39,191 nt of DNA from the IMG/VR virus record IMGVR_UViG_3300017766_003831, positions 1 through 39,191 of that record. One strand, written 5' to 3'. This DNA comes from a virus (Duplodnaviria > Caudoviricetes). Position numbers and translations under genes: made by a program. The notes beneath the pieces were generated by a model that was not told the DNA's origin, did no database searches, and worked only from the letters and a program-made list of their open reading frames with translations. This document shows positions 36,715-39,191 of the stretch, piece by piece (the stretch's first letter is position 1; each line of letters begins with the position of its first letter).

Positions 36715-39189
36715 TTAAGCGTAAATGTAAATATCACCACCATCAACTTTAATGTTACCATTCTTTTCATATTTTGGTACCATTATTTGACCACCATCTA
36801 CATCTACTACAGCAGCTATATAAGCATCTGGAGTAAATGAAGTTGCAGTTGCATCAAATGATGAGGTAAAGCCCCAACGAGCAGCACTGTTGTTGAATCC
36901 ATATAATTCACCAAAGTTCTGTACTCCTTGTTGTACTACAATACCACCATCTCCTGCTGCATTTGAACCTGAAGCAAATAGAACAAATCTATCTGATACT
37001 AGTAGATTTTCTGTGCTTTGGAATGATGCTGTACCTTGTACAGTGATATCACCTTCAAATAAAGCATTAACACCTACAGTTACTAATGAACCATCATCAG
37101 TGATGTTTGTGTCTGCAAATGCATTGCCAGTCCATTTTGTAATTGTGTCAGTAGACAATGATGCAGCACCTGATACAGCTACAGTAGCTGTAGTAGAACC
37201 ATCAAATGTAAAGGCTGTAATACCTGTACTTTCAGATAGCGAATTACTTACTGTTGCTACTACTCCTGTTAATAGAGAACCATCACCTACAAATGAACCA
37301 CTAAAGATTGAGCCTGTTACTGGTGCGTTGAATGTGATGCTATCAACATTGAATAATGCTAAGTCGCTTCTGTTATTATCATCAGTACCGTTACCAATAA
37401 CAACTAATGAAGTTGTATTGTTCTGAGTATTGTAAGCACCTGCTGCTAATTGACCTGAGCCTGATGCTATAGTTCCAAGACCTTCAGCATGAGAATAATT
37501 TCCTAAAGTTACTGTACCATTACCTTCAGCATGAGAATTGTCTCCTGATGCTGTTGTGTTTACACCTTCAGCGTGTGAGTAACTTCCTGATGCTATTGTG
37601 GTATTACCTTCAGCATGAGAAGCTTCTCCTGATGCTGTTGTTTGTCTACCTTCAGCGTGTGAATAATTTCCACTTGCTATTGTATTATTACCTTCAGCAT
37701 GGGAATAATCTCCTAATGCTGTTGTATTATTACCTTCAGCATGGGAATAATTTCCTGATGCTGTTGTAGTATAACCTTCAGCATGTGAAAAACCTCCATT
37801 TGTTACTGTCAATCGACCTTCAGCGTGTGAATAGTTTCCTGATGCTGTTGTTTGTCTACCTTCAGTATGAGAATGACTTCCACTTGCTACTGTTTCCATA
37901 CCTTCAGCGTGTGAACTTTGTCCAACTGCTGTTGTACTCTGTCCTTCAGCGTGTGAATAATATCCTGATGCTGTTGTTAGATAACCTTCTGCATGAGAAT
38001 AGTATCCAGATGCTGTTGTTTGTCTACCTTCAGCGTGTGAACCATATCCTGATGCTGTTGTTAAGTATCCTTCAGCGTGAGAATAATTTCCACTTGCTGT
38101 TGTATTACCTCCTTCAGCATGTGAATAGCTACCACTTGATACTACATTAGCTCCTTCAGCATGACTCCAATCACCACTTGCAGTTACATTATATCCATGC
38201 TCAACACCACCATTTTTCTTAACGTTAAATAAAGTAGTTGAACCAGATACAATTGTAAATGAATTATCAGCTACATCTACTGATGCTGTTACTGAACCAG
38301 TTGCAATTGCACTTAAATTTAATCCTGTGATAGAACCTGCTGGAATGTTTGTTAATCCTGCACCATCACCTTCAAAAGATCCACTGAATGAACCACTTAC
38401 TCCTGCTGTTACAGTTAACGAACCAGTGATTTGTGTAATTGATCCACTGTTAAAGATAGTTGAATCTTGAATGTGGTTGTCATCTTGAGCTACTGGTACA
38501 AAGTATTGTGTTAATCCTTGTTCATCACCTAATGATCCTGTGTTTTGAGGACCTGCAATAAACATACCACCAGCTGGTGTAGAGCCACTTACGTTTTGAT
38601 ACACAAAATGATTATGTAATGAATCCCAAGCAAATGAAGCGGTTGCTGATGAAGAACCTGAATCATAAATCTTTAATCCACCAAATCTTTCAAGAGGTTC
38701 AAATACATTTACTGAAATAAATGAAGCACTTACATCAAGTTGTGATGCTGTTACATACTGGAATGAAGTTGAACCATAAATTGTTGCTCCTTGTAATACT
38801 GTTAATGAACCAGTGATTAATACATCTTGGTTTAAAGTATTTACATAAGATGCAGTTAATGCACTGTCTGCTGTAGAAGCATTGTTTGCATATGATGCAC
38901 TTGTAGCTGAGTCTGCTGTAGATGCATTGTTTGCGTACGATGCACTAGTTGCGCTATCTGCTGTTGATGCGTTGTTTGCATAAGATGCACTTGTAGCCGA
39001 ATCAGCTGTAGAAGCGTTATTAGCGTAAGAAGCACTAGTTGCTGAGTCTGCGGTTGAAGCATTCGATGCATAAGAAGCAGATACAACACCTGTTAAACTA
39101 GCTCCATCACCTTGGAATGATCCACTGAATGATCCTGAGAATAGACCATTTTCCCAATCATCTGATACTGTTGTTCCGTCTGATTTGAT
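36715..39189 (-). CDS. Tail fibre / adhesin with YadA-like head repeats (5' end beyond the window)
   Basis: The frame of the ORF-track call 36715-38604 stays open to the window edge (IKSDGTTVSDDWENGLFSGSF...); contains 17 SHAEG repeats and 5 SASYANNASTADSAT-type repeats. Confidence 0.8.
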   Translation of the reverse strand: MKSDGTTVSDDWENGLFSGSFSGSFQGDGASLTGVVSASYASNASTADSATSASYANNASTADSATSASYANNASTADSATSASYANNASTADSATSASYANNASTADSALTASYVNTLNQDVLITGSLTVLQGATIYGSTSFQYVTASQLDVSASFISVNVFEPLERFGGLKIYDSGSSSATASFAWDSLHNHFVYQNVSGSTPAGGMFIAGPQNTGSLGDEQGLTQYFVPVAQDDNHIQDSTIFNSGSITQITGSLTVTAGVSGSFSGSFEGDGAGLTNIPAGSITGLNLSAIATGSVTASVDVADNSFTIVSGSTTLFNVKKNGGVEHGYNVTASGDWSHAEGANVVSSGSYSHAEGGNTTASGNYSHAEGYLTTASGYGSHAEGRQTTASGYYSHAEGYLTTASGYYSHAEGQSTTAVGQSSHAEGMETVASGSHSHTEGRQTTASGNYSHAEGRLTVTNGGFSHAEGYTTTASGNYSHAEGNNTTALGDYSHAEGNNTIASGNYSHAEGRQTTASGEASHAEGNTTIASGSYSHAEGVNTTASGDNSHAEGNGTVTLGNYSHAEGLGTIASGSGQLAAGAYNTQNNTTSLVVIGNGTDDNNRSDLALFNVDSITFNAPVTGSIFSGSFVGDGSLLTGVVATVSNSLSESTGITAFTFDGSTTATVAVSGAASLSTDTITKWTGNAFADTNITDDGSLVTVGVNALFEGDITVQGTASFQSTENLLVSDRFVLFASGSNAAGDGGIVVQQGVQNFGELYGFNNSAARWGFTSSFDATATSFTPDAYIAAVVDVDGGQIMVPKYEKNGNIKVDGGDIYIYA
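37474..38187 (-). repeat. Coding tandem repeat, 17 x 42 nt (TTASGxYSHAEGxx)
   Basis: Seventeen SH[AT]EG units at 14-aa spacing, counted in the translation. Confidence 0.9.
38845..39081 (-). repeat. Coding tandem repeat, about 5 x 45 nt (SASYANNASTADSAT)
   Basis: Near-identical 15-aa units with synonymous codon variation. Confidence 0.9.
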
Positions 39190-39191
39190 TC

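Noticed and set aside
527-38150. Plus-strand ORFs in the track (e.g. 1284-1550, 3160-3537, 31423-31827, 36890-37426)
   Set aside because: All are antisense shadows of well-supported minus-strand genes and show no recognisable motifs.
37474-38187. Possible CRISPR array (regular 42-nt periodicity)
   Set aside because: The units are in-frame coding repeats with synonymous variation, lack unique spacers, and no cas genes are present.
38856-39089. 77-aa minus-strand ORF in the track
   Set aside because: It is an alternative frame of the 45-nt repeat inside the fibre gene, whose own frame is open through this region.
1-39191. Stop-codon reassignment as seen in some large phages
   Set aside because: Conserved genes translate full length in the standard code at high coding density, so recoding is not needed to explain the window.

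Overview
AT-rich segment of a large T4-like myovirus (contractile-tailed, 'huge phage' type), probably infecting Bacteroidota: starts lack Shine-Dalgarno sequences and several promoters have TTG-N19-TAnnTTTA geometry. All credible genes lie on the minus strand. In transcription order (right to left) the window holds: a YadA-like repeat tail fibre/adhesin (open at the right edge); a sulfotransferase / APS kinase / DUF2061 / Aah-TibC-like glycosyltransferase cassette; a second Ser/Thr-rich fibre gene with a structured 5' leader; an array of paralogous lectin-like proteins; neck (gp13/14/15-like), sheath, tube, gp26/gp51-like chaperones, tape measure and baseplate genes; a kinase-like protein; and a replication block (divergent PolA, gp32-like SSB, RecA/UvsX, 5'-3' exonuclease, DnaB helicase, nrdB, MobE-like HNH endonuclease, nrdA open at the left edge). 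The most notable signals are a candidate three-way-junction leader RNA, a candidate recoding site with a 15-nt out-of-frame direct repeat just upstream of the tape measure gene, a putative fibre glycosylation/sulfation system, hairpin-plus-promoter control of the homing endonuclease, mosaic lectin paralogues, and a PolA with altered catalytic motifs. All family assignments come from motif recognition by eye, not from database searches.
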